Of a DNA stretch of 64,000 nucleotides, positions 12,115 to 26,214 are shown one piece after another (position 1 is the first letter of the stretch; every line of letters starts with the position of its first letter). The stretch comes from Lama glama. Lineage: Eukaryota. The stretch spans positions 82,524,001 to 82,588,000 of the forward strand of contig CM052817.1 in the NCBI GenBank assembly GCA_028534125.1, given 5' to 3'. The translations under genes were made by a program, and so were the position numbers. The notes below the pieces were generated by a model. That model was not told where the DNA came from. It saw only the letters and a program-made list of their open reading frames with translations, and did no database searches.

Positions 12115-13275
12115 AATTTTTTCTTTTTTTAATTTTCTTTTTCTTTTTTATTGAAGTACAGTTACAATGTGTCAATTTCTGTGATGTACACCACAATGTC
12201 CCAGTCATGCATATATATACATATTTTCATTTTCATATTCTTTTTCATTAAAGGTTATTACAATATATTGAACATAATTCCCTGTGCTATACAGCAGAAA
12301 TTTTAAAAAATCTATTTTTATATATAGTGGCTAACATTTGTAAATCTCAAACTCTCAAAATTATCCCTTCCCCCTGCCCTTCCCCAGTAACCATAAAATT
12401 GCTATGTCTGGAGTCTGTTTCTGTTTTGTAGATGAGTTCATAGTGTCCTTTTTTTTTTGTTTTTTAGATTCCATATATGAGTGATATTATATGGTATTTT
12501 TCTTTCTCTTTCTGGCTTACTTCACTTAGAATGATGGTCTCTGGGTCCATCCATGTTGCTGCAAATGGCATTATTTTATTCTTCTTTATGGCCCAGTAGT
12601 AGTCCATTGTATAAATATACCACAGCTTCTTTATCCAGTCATCTGTTGATGGACATATAGGTTGCTTCCATGTCTTGATTATAGTATATAGTGATGCTAT
12701 GAACATTGAGGTGCATGTATCTTTTCGAATTAGAATTCTCTCCTGACATATGCCCAAGAGTGGGATTTCTGGATCATATGGTAAGTGTGTTTTCAGTTTT
12801 TTGAGGAATCTCCATACTGTTTTCTGTAATGGCTTCACCAAACTACATTTCTGCCAGCAGTGTAAGGGAGTTCCTTTTTCTCCACACCCTCTCCAGCATT
12901 TATCATTCATGGACTTTTGAATGATAGCCATTCTAATTTGTATGATGTGATACCTCATTGTAGTTTTGATTTGCATTTCTCAGATAATTAGCATTATTGA
13001 GCATTTTTTCATGTGCCTATTGGCCATTTGTGTGTCTTCATTGGAGAATTTCTTGTTCAGGTCTTCTGCCCATTTTTGGATTGGGTTGTTTGCCTTTTTG
13101 TTATTAAGTTGTATGAGCTGTTTATATATTCTGGAAATTAAGGCTTTATCAGTCACATCCTTCACAAATATCAAATATTTAATCCCATTCTGTAGGTTGT
13201 CATTTTGTTTTGCTTAAGGTTTCTTTTTCTGCAAATGCTTATGAGTTTAATTAGGTCCAATTTGTTTAATTTTTT
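12115..13275 (-). mobile_element. 5'-truncated L1 (ORF2 C-terminus, 3'UTR, poly(A))
   Basis: ORF 12464-12976 reads QIKTTMRYH...[15 protein letters not shown]...YDPEIPLLG...MPFAATWMD, the L1 ORF2p cysteine-rich C-terminal domain. T-tract at the left end. Confidence 0.95.
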
Positions 13276-13454
13276 GCTTGTCTTCAGGCCAAATGAGTAT
13301 TCCAAAATGAACTCTGCCTCCCTGTGACTGCAACTTTGCAATAAGCCATGATTCATATTTTTACTAAAGTATGAGCAAAGACCATGTCTATGAAAAAGGG
13401 ATAAAATCAGTTTTTAATGATCTTACTAGCAATGGTATCCCACCTGATACTATG

Positions 13455-13620
13455 TGGTGGGGTATAAATAGAAAGTACACAGGTTTTGGAAGTAGACAAA
13501 CCTGGATACTACTCATGTTTTGGCTACTTTCCATCTCTGTAGCCTACTCTTTCCCTAATTTTTTTATGTTCTCACTCAGTGTATAAATGGAAAATAATTA
13601 GTATTGCAAAGGTTGAGTAT
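13455..13620 (+). mobile_element. MIR fragment
   Basis: 'agaaagtacacaggttttggaagtagacaaacctggat...ctcagtgtataaatgg' resembles a degraded MIR. Confidence 0.55.
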
Positions 13621-14324
13621 TTTGGTTCCAATGATTATTAGATTAACTTTCTTATTTTCTATAAAATAATATGCTCCAATTAATAATTGTCTAAATAATG
13701 TGTTCCATATAATGCAGTTAATGTTTATGCTCAACAGTCTACATAACTTAGTTTAAACAATGATCATTGTGCTTGAAATATTTCATTTTGCCTTGATTAA
13801 TTAACATGAAAATTTGTATGCAGTATTTAATACATATTTAATTAAAATTAAAATGAAATGACGAAATAATTGCCTAGTCTTTGGAAAATTACACTTTTTT
13901 CAGTCATACCTTTTATTGCTTTGGCATACCTCAGCTGAAAATAAACTCACATTTTAGTGAGGCGAGATTACGCAGTGTAGCTCAAAGTGAATATTCTGTG
14001 AGTAGCTTGGTTTAAGATCATGTTTCCCTAAATACTTATTTGAAAATTCTATTAAATCTTAATGTGTTACACATTTATCAGTTGAGTAACTAAGTTCAGT
14101 GCTCCATACCTCATACCCTGGCATTTCATATGTAGTATTAATTTTTGTTTGTTTTATTTAACTTTCAAGTAATTTGACTGAATTTTGAGGAAAAGTAAGG
14201 TTACCAAAATATTTGGACAGTTCAAATTGGAAATCAAACAGTTAAAGAAAAAAATTCAACCCTCAATTAAATATGATTATGAATTTCATTACTTTGAGTA
14301 TTTTAATACCATCATTATTGATTA

Positions 14325-14730
14325 AGATAACTGTTGCTGCAAGTAACATACCACCTAAAGTGAGCAATAAGGACAGTTTGTCATCTCACATAACAAGAGT
14401 TCTCAGCATTGGCTGACCCAGGGTGGTTAATTCAGGAACTTGATATCATTATCAAGAAGGCAGTTTCATTGAACCTCTCCACTCTGCCATTCTGAGTGTG
14501 TGAACTTGGCCTCGAGTTGGTGTATCTCATCTCAAGGTGACAGTCATCATTCCAGAAGTGACACGGGAGAGGCAAAACCCTCTGTCTCATGTAAAAGGAA
14601 TCCTTCCTAATAAGACAAAAAACTGTTTCCCAGATATTCCCCAGGAGACATCACCTCATATCACCTAGACCTCTAAATAAATCACTGACATGGAAAATGA
14701 AACTGCACGATTGGCTTAGACTGACAGGAA
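14325..14730 (-). mobile_element. MaLR (MLT1-like) LTR remnant
   Basis: 'gttgctgcaagtaacataccacc...catctcacataacaagag...ctccactctgccattct...cccagatattccccaggagac' resembles an antisense MLT1. Confidence 0.55.
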
Positions 14731-15139
14731 TTTAAGTCTAAATCATGTGGTTGAGATTGGGCACTTAAATAAAACTGAGGCGAGTCAATATGCATGACAT
14801 GGTGAATGGCCCCTGGGTAGGCTATATATATACACACACATATATACACATATAGTAGGGTAGTCCCTACTGTAAGAAGTAAGATGAATTTCTCTTATAC
14901 TCTCCTTCATTGAGTCATATAATCTAAAATTTTATCTAAAATCTCTGATGCTTGACTGTTATCTAAAATATTCTAAGAAGTGGTCATCAAGGATCCAATG
15001 GAAGTCCCCTGCATCGAATAGCCTGGACTGCGTGTGTAGCTCTAGATGTAGGAAATGAGGGAATGTGATTTACACCTCCAACAACTGGGCAGTGTTTGCT
15101 TCCCGAAGGAGGGATTCAGGGCAAACAAACTGATATCCC

Positions 15140-16070
15140 TTTATTTGTCCACTTATTCTTTCATTAATATTTAAGAAGCTTCCTGTTCACCCCATGCGGA
15201 TAATGGATGATGCGTTAGAGACAAAAGCTGAAAAAAGTCTGATTATGACTGCGCTCTCAAGTTAATCATGGCAACCAAGTAAAGAGCAAACAAACAAGCA
15301 GTTATCATACATTGTAGTAAATGCTGTAGCCGCGGCAGGCAGAGTGTGTGTACTATGGAGACACAGAAGGGGAGCATGTAACTTAGACAGAGGTTTCAGA
15401 GGTCAGTGAGAGCTTCCACCTGCCAGTAAAGTTACTGGCTGTGAAGAAGTAAGTTGTAAGCATAAAAGAGTCAGTTACATGAAATGGCAAGAGAAATGTT
15501 ATACGTAAATGAATCACAGATAGAACGGCGTGTGTGCGTGTGTCATCAGAGAAAGAAAAGGAGGGAGAGAGAGAGAGAGACTGATAGGAAGAGTCATGAG
15601 TGAAAGACTTGAAGTTGGGAAGTTGGGGCCAAATTATGAAGGGCCTTCTCCAGATCAAAGAGTTTAAAATAGAGCCATGAAGGCATTAGGAAGTCATTAA
15701 AGGATTTAGAATAGGATAATGACACAGTTATATTTGCAGTTTAAGCTTCATTCAGCTCAAATGTAGAAGATAAATTGTGGCTGGGAATAGATTAAAGACA
15801 GCGAGATTGATTAAGAGACTGTTTTCAATAACACAAATGAAGAAACGGAACTGTCTGAAAGCCAGTTAGTGGCAGACAGTGACATTTAAAAGGAATGGAC
15901 AGATTTGAGAAATATTTACAGATGTAATCGACAGAATTAGGTGACAAAATATTGTGGGGAAATAATTAAAATAAGGACTCATGGAAGCTTGTCAACTTTC
16001 TGACTTGGGAAAGTTTCTCAGTAGTTCTGTCATTCATGAGATCAGGATGTCTGAGAGGAAAAGGTTTGGT
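15140..16070 (-). mobile_element. LINE-2 fragment
   Basis: Starts with an antisense L2 tail ('tcattaatatttaagaagcttcctg'), followed by purine-rich L2 body ('ggggccaaattatgaagggcctt', 'ggaagtcattaaaggattt'). Confidence 0.7.
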
Positions 16071-17292
16071 AAGTAATCAGAAATCAGTTCTGCACTCAGC
16101 ACTGCAGTGTAGCAGGCAGATTTACTTGCTTGATTGATGTTTCCTTTCTTCTACTGTTTGAAAATACAATTCTTTATATCCCATCTGAAATGTACCTCAT
16201 GAGTGAAAGCATTGCTGAAATCTTCCTATCACATCCTCAACATGACTGTCTTGTCCCTGTCATCTCAGTTGCCCAGGTATGACATACATCACAGCCTGTG
16301 GCATACACTTATCTGGGCATCCAAACTGTGACCTTCTTAGAGATGTAACACTTTCATACCCATGTGTGAGACTCCCCAGTGCCTACCCTCCCCCAAATAC
16401 TTGCATATAATAAGCACACAATAAATGTTTTTTAAATAGAGCCAAAAAATAATATTCTTCATTGAATTCCTTTAAAATGAAAACAATAGATGCTTTTGGT
16501 CCCACTGTCGAGTTGAAGGTCAGGCCATCTCTTGCCAGCAGGCTATGATTGAGTTTAATTAAACATTTTATACCATTCATCTGCTGCTGGTAACTTGTCT
16601 TTTAAAACACAGGAAACATTAATCTGCAGATGAATAGTATAAAATCCTTTTACAATATTTTTCTCAGTTACAAGGAGATTATATACTAACCACAATATTT
16701 CTGCTCCATTCTAGAATCATAGAAGAATGCATACCATCAATAGACACCTACAGTGAGGGTAATAATGTGCATATGGTGCATTATAACATCCTTACGCTAG
16801 TTTCAAAAACTGAGAAAATAAAAAAAATTCACATGTGGGAAACATAAGTGAGACCACTGTGTGTTTCACTGTGTGGTAACCCCTTATCCTCCTTCATTTG
16901 GTTGACCTGTATCATTGCTCTGTGGGTGTTCAATATTGTTGTCTAGATGGGACTGATGGGAAGAAGGGAAGGCAGGCAATGTGTTAATAAGCCAGCAGAA
17001 ACAGGGATGGTGAAGCTCTTACTATGACCTGAAGTGTAAGTTTGCACTGATCAGGTTGATAGAATTGATTCATAAACACAGCTGTGTCCAAGAAATATCA
17101 GGTTGAGGATCTGAAAAAAAATGGAAGGCAGGAGTACTAAACAAGAAAATAAGCCTTAAGTGGTTTTGGAGTTGGAGAATGACCAATGGCCTAAGGTTTT
17201 TTTCTCCAACCCTCCTCTTTTACAGACAGTAGGGGTGGTGGAGGTATCTTGAGACAGCAAATGTACTATGAAAAAATATATATTGAGTATTC

Positions 17293-17622
17293 CTGAAGAC
17301 ACTAATGAACTTATCTACAAAACAGAAACAGACTCACAGACATAGGAAACAAATTTATGGTTACTGGGGAAGGGTTTGTGGGGGGAGGGGGGAAGGAATA
17401 AGTTGGGAGTTCAAGATTTGCAAACATTAACTACTATATATAAAAGAGATAACAAGTTTCTACTGTATAGCACAGGGAATCATATTCAGTATCTTGTAGC
17501 AACCTATAATGAAAAAATATGAAAAGGAATATATGTATGTATATGTATGACTGAAACATGCTGTACACCAGAAATGGACACCACACTGCAACTGACTATT
17601 CTTTAAAAATTAAGAGAGAGAG
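17293..17622 (+). mobile_element. 5'-truncated L1 3'UTR with TSD
   Basis: 'aatgaacttatctacaaaacagaaacagactcacaga...tactgtatagcacaggg...gctgtacaccagaa'. Flanked by aaatatatattgagtattc (17274-17292) and aaatgtgtattgagtattc (17623-17641). Confidence 0.9.
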
Positions 17623-18059
17623 AAATGTGTATTGAGTATTCTATGACTTCATCTCCCTCCTCTCACTTCCCTTCTCATCTGAGAACGACGTTCCTGTTCT
17701 CTGTTTTTACTGAGAAGTGGGCTGACGTGGTTTTGTTGTATTATCTGGTCTTGACTTAAGCTTCTGTGGATAATTTCAAGTCCTGTGATTCAGAGGTTTC
17801 CCTATTTAAGGTACTGAAGGTAACAGCACTCAAGGTAACTGAGCCCTCTCTTTTTCTTAAAAGATTCAACCTCTCAACATGTGTGAAATTCCTATTAGCA
17901 ATATTCTGGACCCTTTTCTCATTCTTAGTGTTTGGCTCAGGAATCTTACCCATTTCCATCTTATACTTTCCTTCGCAATCTAGATGAGTAGGGAAACGAA
18001 ATACCTCACCTGTCTACTTCAAAACTTCCCAAAAATCTCAACCTCAGATTTATCTATAA

Positions 18060-18520
18060 CTCCATCTTTTACCTCTCCCCTCAATATCCATTCACAATCA
18101 CAACTGTTCACCTTCTTCATCTAAACCATTTCCAAAACTTTACTACTTTACCTCCAAAACACACCTTAAATTCTTCCGTATCTTTCCACGTACTATTTTT
18201 TCTTGCCTGGAATGTTCTCCCCTCAAAATTGTCTTCACTAACTTCAGTTTATTCTTCAAGTTACGATTAAAATGCTACGTCCAAAAAGATTCTAGATCAT
18301 GATCATGGAAAATTTATGTGGATGTCACCCTCCAACATCATTTCCTCTCAAAATACTATTTTACCTTATATAAAATCATTGTAATAGTCTATTTGCTATT
18401 TGTTTAATACCCATCTCTTCTGCCAAGCTGTAGACTCTAAAACAGCAGGGGTGTCCCTTGTATCTCAGAACTCTGCACAGTGCTTTGGACATTGTGAGAA
18501 ACCAATAATCACTTGTGGAA
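18060..18520 (+). mobile_element. LINE-2 3' fragment
   Basis: 'ttctttgcctggaatgttctcccc'-like body and terminus 'tagactctaaaacagcaggggtg...ctgcacagtgctttggaca'. Confidence 0.6.
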
Positions 18521-19334
18521 TAATGAGCTATTTTTATAACCCTTTTATATGTACAACGGTTATCAGTTTGCCTAATAACTTCATATGGCACCATATCTAA
18601 GATTATAAATAATCACAGAACAATGTTTGAAAATTGTTGCAAAGTATATTTTTGTTCAATTAATTGTATTTCCCTTTATATATTCCTGGTTGGTAGAAAT
18701 AACTTTTTTCTTGCCTAGTATTTAATCTTTATCTGCACCAAGGACATTGCCAAGTATACTGTGAGTGTGACCCAGTAAAACATTTTTTTAAAGTGTGATA
18801 TTTGTCAGGTTTGTATTAATTATGAACTAATCACTTTAAGTGTTGAATTGATGAGAGGGACACAAAAAACTCAGTTTTCACACCCAGATCTCCTTTGTTA
18901 CAAAAGGGACAGAACAGTAACAACAGAGGGAAGAGATGCATTGAAAAGGCTCCAGAGATCTCAGGTACAGGTGATCTCCTTCAGCTGGGCCAGGTCAAAA
19001 AAAAGTGCATATTGCCATCTGGCCTTGAATCATCAGCAAAACACCTCGGTACCAGGAGCCCAAATTCTGCTTGTGCTAGAGACCTCTGTGTTAAGCTGGT
19101 CATGTAGGTATATTCCATCTATGTCATCAGCCCTAACTGTTGAACTCCACCCATTCCAGGGCTCCATGTAAACCAGATACTAATCATAAACTTTACTATT
19201 ACAGCTAAACAGTGTTGACAGATTAGAAATCACTTGTTTCTCAGTTTTATGGTTTGGCCAAGAACAAAGAATGCGATCAGTCCATGTCACTGGACACCCG
19301 TACTTTACAAGTAAGAATGGAACTTAGAACATGC

Positions 19335-19525
19335 ATAATATTTTATAACATTCTTTCACACATTACCACATTTAAATTTCACACTGATAAGAGGAGTGTA
19401 CTACACTTTCTTGTATGATATAGAAGTAGACATCAAACTCAGAAAGATTAGGTGACTCACTCAGAATCAAATAAATAGCAAACAGTAGCACTGGGAATTA
19501 AACACATATCTTTAGATATTAACTC
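19335..19525 (-). mobile_element. MIR
   Basis: 'aaactcagaaagattaggtgactcactcagaatc...gtagcactgggaattaaacac' is an antisense MIR core. Confidence 0.65.
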
Positions 19526-20559
19526 CAGGGGTTTTTTTCTTTTTTTTCCCCCCTGTTTCACAAAGACAGTCCCAAGCAATCTGCTTTCTTCACATCTCTC
19601 CTAAATACCTTTAAAGTGGTTGATGAAGTAAAACAGTTAACTGTTACACATTTGCATTCTCTTTCTTTTATCTATCCCCAGTACCTTGAGACAATTTATC
19701 CTGTAAATTCTCAAAATTCTATATATCCCTTGTACCCTTCCCCCTTTTATCACATGTGAATAATAAATTTCAGACCATCCATTATGTCATGATCTTCATA
19801 TCTCCCCAAGCCTTATTATCTCCCATGGTTTTGTTATTCCATTAAAGAGCAGCTTTGAGGGACTGGAGGAAATATGTGGAGTTGCCTTATGTCATTATTT
19901 ACCGTCGTGGAGAGTGGATTAAATGCATACCGTATTGAGGGAACAGAGATGAGCCAGATTTAAAGATCCTGTTAAAAATAGTTGCTGTGAGTGTGTGTGT
20001 GTCTATGTGTTTCCAATTATCATATTGATGTCTATTACTCTAATTGTCTACTCCTGAGCAGGCAGATCTTTTGCAATGCTTAACAGCTTCTAGCAAGGAG
20101 ATCTTTGTGATTTTTTTCTCTGATTACTTAGCCTCCGAGAGTCAGTAATGAATCTTTGCATCTAATTTAATTTAATTCAGCCGTTATTTACTTTCCCTTC
20201 TAGGGGCTTAGTGAGATGGTAGAGTGGAAAGTTATTTTGTTTGCCCATTTGTTTTGAATGGAACATTAAACATCACTAACTAGAAGAAATAGCACAGGGT
20301 TTAGAATAAGAAGCCATGGGTTTGAGTGCTCCTTTTATTATTTATTTATTTATACATTTACTATTTCATTTACTTATCCATTCATTCTCTTATATAAAAT
20401 GCTAAAGAAAGAATCATCTACTTGACACAATTAACATGAAGGAAGAAATCAGATTGTGCAAGTAGAGATTTTTGTAAACTAAATTATACTGCTTTTAGTT
20501 ACTCTGTTTAGTTATAAATGTTTTTTCTCGCATAAACTAGAGTATCTTCATTTTAATAT

Positions 20560-21335
20560 GATAGGCATGACAGACTAAATACTCCATTTGTCTCCTCCCT
20601 TCTTACAAACCCTTGAAAAGATGGTACAGAAATGCAAAGCCATAATCCCTCATTATACAGAGAACAGGGGAAAGGACAATGATGAATGTGAGGTTTGTAC
20701 ACATTTCTGGAAAGCATAAATCAGGCAAAGGGGTGGTTAATCAGTGAAATACAGCAGTGGAAAAAATAGCCTTAAATATGAACGAAGGAGAAGATAATCA
20801 AATTGGATAGTATCTGCCAAAAGTCTGATAACTCAGGGATGGCTGATATCATCTCCAGGTTGAAAGAGAAAGTAGACCTGAAAGCAAAGACTGCAAATGG
20901 GAAAGTCTAGACTTAGTATCTGTCTTTCTCAGCATAATATCTAACTTCTAGCTATTAATATTAACCCAGGCAAAATACTGGCATATTTTCTATAAAGAGA
21001 TTGAATAAATCATCTCGAGATGACCAAGGAAGTGTGTTGAGGGTGCTAGTGTCTCAGGACAAAGCTTCCTTGTTTAGAGATCCCAAAGGCTCCTCACCTG
21101 GGTAGTAGCTACTAACCAGTCCTGTTCTCACACATGATCTTCTGGTAATTTTTGTATGTTCTTCTTAAGTATGAATAGGAACCCAGAGATTACCAGACAT
21201 TTGAAGAAGACTGCCCATGAGATACACAATGAAAAAAATTAACACCAGGAGAAACATAATTCTAGAAACAGGAGGAAAAATCCTCCCAAACCTAAGGAAA
21301 AGGATTCATTATAAAAGAACCACCAGAGAATAAGG
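20560..21335 (+). mobile_element. Ancient L1M-type 5' region
   Basis: A-rich stretch with 'aacccagagattaccagacatttgaagaag', typical of the old L1 5'UTR/ORF1 boundary. Weak match. Confidence 0.45.
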
Positions 21336-21639
21336 CTGGCACTGTGCTGGCAAGTTTCCATTACCTAAGACAGAAAAACAGTAAGGACAATATTGTGTTA
21401 AACCTTCAGAGATATCAGTGCACCTTCCAGTATCTTGAATAACAGCTTAAAAATACTGTAATCAAACATTCATCTAACATTTGAGTTAGCACAGTTCAGA
21501 TATCAAAGGTGCAACTTAGGTATTCATAATACAGCATCCTTTATTGCAGTGCTTATGCACTGATCTCATCTTCCTCATTGTTGAATGTGAATAGCTTTAC
21601 AATTAGGGGCAATGATGTAAAGAAATGTATGGCAGTAGG

Positions 21640-21860
21640 AAGGAACATGGTATAGTGCTTAAGGACAGATACTCAGGACCAAACCTGCCTGGGTTCAATA
21701 CTGACTACCCCTAGGATTGCTTGTTATTTGATACATGTATTCCTCAGTTTACCCCTCTGTAAAATGGGGGTAATACAGTAACTGGCCCACAGACTTTCTA
21801 TGAGTACTTAATATTTGTAAAATGCTTAGAACAGTGTCTGATAGGTGTGTTGCACTCTAC
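21640..21860 (+). mobile_element. MIR
   Basis: 'ggtatagtgcttaagga...ctgcctgggttcaat...cctcagtttacccctctgtaaaatgggg...gtaaaatgcttagaacagtgtctg'. Confidence 0.85.
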
Positions 21861-21949
21861 TAGTGTTGGTTCTGTCCATACAAAAGAGATCTGGTATTGC
21901 ATCTTTGTCTAAAATTAATTAACACGCTACCTTAGCCTTTTAAAATTAG

Positions 21950-24845
21950 GATTAGCATCATGTCTTTCTCCATCCCTTTATCCTGTCTGTGCCTTTATAT
22001 TTAAAATGGGTTTCTTATAGACATTTATTATTAGGTCTTAGTTTTTATGCACTCTGACAGTCTCTGTCTCTTACTTGATGTATTTAGAACATTTAGATTT
22101 AAAGTGACTATTGATATAATATTGGATTAATATTTCTATCATTTATAATTATTTCCTGTTCTTTCTCTTTTTCTCTTCCATCTTTTTCTGCCTTCTCTAA
22201 TTATAATTGGGCATTTTATATTATTCAGTTTTCCCCCGTCTTAGCATACACTTATTTTTAAAAATTTTGGTGGTTTTCCTAGTGTTTGCAATGTATCTGT
22301 ATAACGAAACCAAGTCCATTTTCAAATAACACACCACTTCACGGATAGTGCAAGTGTTTTATAACTGAGTATTTCCAGTTCCTCTATCCCAGCTCTTATA
22401 ATGTTGCTGTCACTCATTGCACATACCCCTAAGCTTCAATCACCAAATACTTTGATTATTGCTGCTGTCTTGAACAGTTATTATACTGATTAAGAATAAG
22501 GAAAATAAAAGATTCTGTTTTAGCCCATTTATTCCTCCTCTAACACTCTTGCTTCATCTATGTATATCCTGGTTTTGGCCTATATTTTTTCCTTTCTCTC
22601 TGAAGAACTTCTCTTATTTTTTGTCAGGTAGTTCTACTAGTGACAATTGCACTCAGTTTGGTTTGAGAATGTCTTTATTTCTCCTTCCCTTTTGAAGGAT
22701 AATTTGCTAGGTTCAGAACACTGAGTGATTTTTTTTAATTAACAATTTATATTTAACACTTGAAATATTTTGTCCACTTCTCGTTTAGTTTGCATGATTT
22801 CTGAAGTCCAACATAGTTCTTTTCCTTGCTCTTCTGCAGGTAAGGATTCCCTTCAGCCCCTTTCTCATAGCTTCTTTTAAGACTTCGATTTTCTGCAATT
22901 TGAACATGATATACCTAGGTATAGAATCTTTGGAATTTACCCTGGTGTTCTCTGAGCTTCCTGGATCTATAGAGGATTACTTTTTAAAATTAATTAATTT
23001 GCTTTTATTTACCCTTCCCCTGTCCCTCCCCTCTCCTGACTGGGAACAACTAGTTTCTTCTTTATACATGAGTCTGTTTCTTTTTCTTTATATGCACTAT
23101 TTTATTTCATTTTTTAGATTCCATATGTAAGTGATATCATACAATATTTGTATTTCTGTCTGACTTATTTCACTCAGCAAAATACCCTCCAAGTCCAACC
23201 ATGTTGTTGCTAATGGTAAAATTTCTTTCTTTTCCTTTCTTTTTTTTTTTTTTGGCTAAGTAGTATTCTGTTAAGTACGTGTATATTCCACATCTTTATC
23301 TATTCATCTGTTGTTGGACACTTAGATTGCTTCCATACCCCGACAGTTGTAAATAATGCTGCACCGAACATTGGGGTGCATATATCTTCTTGAACTAGTC
23401 TTTCCTTTTTTCTTGGATATATACGAATTTTCAGCCATTATTAAAGTATTTCTTCTAACCCTTCTCTCTTTCTAATTCTCTTTCCTTCTAGTCTTCCCAT
23501 TGCATATGTTACCCCTTTTATAATTGCCCAAAATTCTTGGATATCCTGGTCTGTGTTTTTCATTTTTTAAAATCTCTTCATATTTCCACTTTTGAAGTTT
23601 TTGTTGACATATCTGTAAGCTCGTGGACTCTATCTTCACCATGTGCAGCTACAGGTGACCCCATCAAATATGGTTTTCATTTCTTTTACAGTGTTTTTGA
23701 TTTCTAGCATCTCCTGTTTATCCTTTCTTAGAATTTCCATCCTTTTGCTTATATTACCCATCCTTTCTTGCATGTTGTCCACTTTTTCCATTAGAATTTT
23801 TAGCATATTAACCATAGTTGTTTCAAATTCCTATTCTGATCATTCCAACATGGTTCTGATGGTTACCATGTCTTTTCAGATCGTGTGTGTTTTTTTTTTT
23901 TTTTTGCTTTTTTGCTTTTTAGAATGCCTTGTACTGTTGTTGTTGTTTAAAGCCAGACATAATGTATTGGGTAAAAAGAACTAAGATAGGTCTTTAGTGT
24001 GAGGTTTTGTGTTTATCTGGCTAGGAGCTAGGCTATGTTTACTGTTTGCTATAGCTGTAGAGTCAGAGGCTAAAAATTTCCTCCACTGTTTCGGCCTACT
24101 TGGTTGTCTTTTGGTTTTCCTGTAGACTCCTAAAATAGGGCCTGAGGGTTACAGCAATTTTAGCTGTCACCTCCTGTTATCATATAGGAGCCCTACTAGG
24201 GGACGCATTCTATCGTCTTGTAATTAATTAGGCCTTAGTCTTTTGGTGAGCCTGAGTTAGACAGTTCCCTTCCTTCGCATCAAAAGGTAGAGTAGGCTGG
24301 ACTTACTACCCTTCCCCAGATTGGTTAGGCTTTGGTTAAAGCTTAGTTGGCCAGGCTCTGGTAAGAGTTTCCCTTGAGGAGAAGCCTTACTAAGGAAAAT
24401 AGAGAACTCTTGTCTTATTTCAGAATGGTTGCTTTTCCCCTCTCCCTGCTGTAAGCACAAAGGGATTTTCCTCAGATCTTCACAGTGAGAAACTGATAGG
24501 ATTCCTGGAAGTAAAATTCAGGAAAGAGTGGGGGCTCCTAGATTGGGCTCTCTTGGATCCAGTCCACAGTTAGCCTCCAGCAATTTGTCAATTACAGTGT
24601 AATGTGTTCCTACTGATACTGGCTTCAGTTTTGGGCTTCTGCTCCTAAGCTTCTTCTCACAATAAGCTGTGACTCTCTGCATCTGATTATCTGTCTCTCC
24701 AGTTTCCAGGGCAGAAGTTTACTCTGTGAGCTCAATTCTCTGATCTAAGGAGAGTTGTTGATTTTTAGTTTGTTCACTTTTTTTCTTGTTTGAGGATGGA
24801 GTGATGGCGGCCAAGCTTTTAACATGTTGGGCCGGAAACCAAAAC
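21950..24845 (-). mobile_element. Old L1 (L1MC/MD-like) 5' portion: ORF2 start, inter-ORF region, ORF1 remnant, 5'UTR
   Basis: 'tttaaaatgggtttcttatagaca' (antisense ORF2 endonuclease start), 'gtctttatttctccttcccttttgaaggataat' (antisense ORF1 end), 5' terminus near 'ccggaaacc'. Confidence 0.75.
22980..23424 (-). mobile_element. Younger L1 3' end nested in the old L1
   Basis: 'tttttagattccatatgtaagtgatatcatac...cattggggtgcatatatct' is antisense ORF2 end and 3'UTR, interrupting the host L1. Confidence 0.85.
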
Positions 24846-26214
24846 TTCAGGTGTCACATCTTAACTTAAAAATCCCCGCCCACAGCAACTATTCACCGTA
24901 CTTCATTGTTTCAGTTCCTTTGACAAAGTCAAAATAAGGTTCTGGCAAATTGGAAAAGAAAGCAATGTATGACTGAGGATGAAAGAAGCAAAAGATAAAT
25001 ACTTCCGGGCTGACTGATGGTTAAACCCTCTGTATAGAGTAGCAAATTCATAGTGAGGTCTTCATTTGCCTACTTTACTCAGACAATGGTCATTGTTTCC
25101 TAGCTTTCATTAGCTTCTTCCTGCAATATGACTTCTTCTGTAGCCTTTATTTATAGTCATGTTGCCTGCTGTTCTCTTTATGGGCCAATTTACATCTTTG
25201 GGGAGTAGACAGGGAGAATTTCAGAATGATTTAGGAACCAGCTGGATCAAGTAACTTGCCATGTTTTCTCTCTGCCTATGAAGAGAACATCTGCTAGATA
25301 TGCTGGGGTGGAGGGTGCTTTTGTCTTCAGAAGGAATCAGGCATCTTCCTGTATTTTCATTCTAAAGAGAAAATGTTGCTATGGTGCATTAAAAAAAAAA
25401 TCCAACCTGTAAGTAACAATTTGCTAAGACACCACGGTAGAGTTATGTTCTATTTTAAGGTCTTGGATGGAATGCATCTTTACTGCACAAAGAGTGTGGA
25501 GAAAATGAGCTAAGACCATGCCTGTCATGGCCTCCTTTAGGTTGTTAAATCTCCTGCTGAGAAAACAGAGGAAATATTAATAATCTGACAGCAACTGTCA
25601 AGGTTCACATGGCAGTCTCATGCCAAGCAGGCTTAGGCTTGATACTTGACGGAAAATAATCCTAAACAAGCTGGAGAAAAATCTGAGCATAAAATTTAAG
25701 GCCATTCTCCTAACATGGAAAAATAGTACACCTGTTAGCAGCTAAGATAATAATTCCCAGTCTTTTTGGTTATAGCATATTGCTGATAATTGACTAACTC
25801 TATCACTAACTTTCAATTCTGCCAAATAGTATATAAGGGGTGGATACATTTAAATACATGTATATGATACATATAGAATTCCGATTTTACAGATTTTAAA
25901 ATAGACCTGTATCAGAACTAGGTGCGAATAGCTACCATTACCTTACTTCAATAGATTATTCCCCCTCGTCATATATTAGTACCACAAATTGCCAAATGCA
26001 TACTGGCATTATAGACATTCTGTTGATGGCAATAACCATCACTTACACGTTTAATTCCTTGGTTATTTTCTGATAGCTTTAAAACACAGACATTACTTCT
26101 TGTCTAATACATGCAAGTACTCATTTGAAAATATTTCTCCTCCGAAAGATACCTAAATTTTATTCTGGTGGTAATATGATAAAATCATACACAAATCAAT
26201 TATATGTACTCAAT

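Noticed and set aside
18848..19171. 107-aa ORF in apparently unique sequence
   Set aside because: No recognisable domain or exon structure; the length is compatible with chance.
19931..19968. Possible minus-strand exon (ttttaacag|...acg|gtatgc)
   Set aside because: No recognisable coding content and no partner exons.
20064..20104. Short hairpin agatcttttgc...gcaaggagatct
   Set aside because: The ~11-bp imperfect stem is too short for a pre-miRNA and is expected by chance.
22820..22845. Another Yn-CAG|GTAAG motif (a similar one lies at ~4550)
   Set aside because: It lies inside antisense L1, whose T-rich sequence produces such motifs readily.
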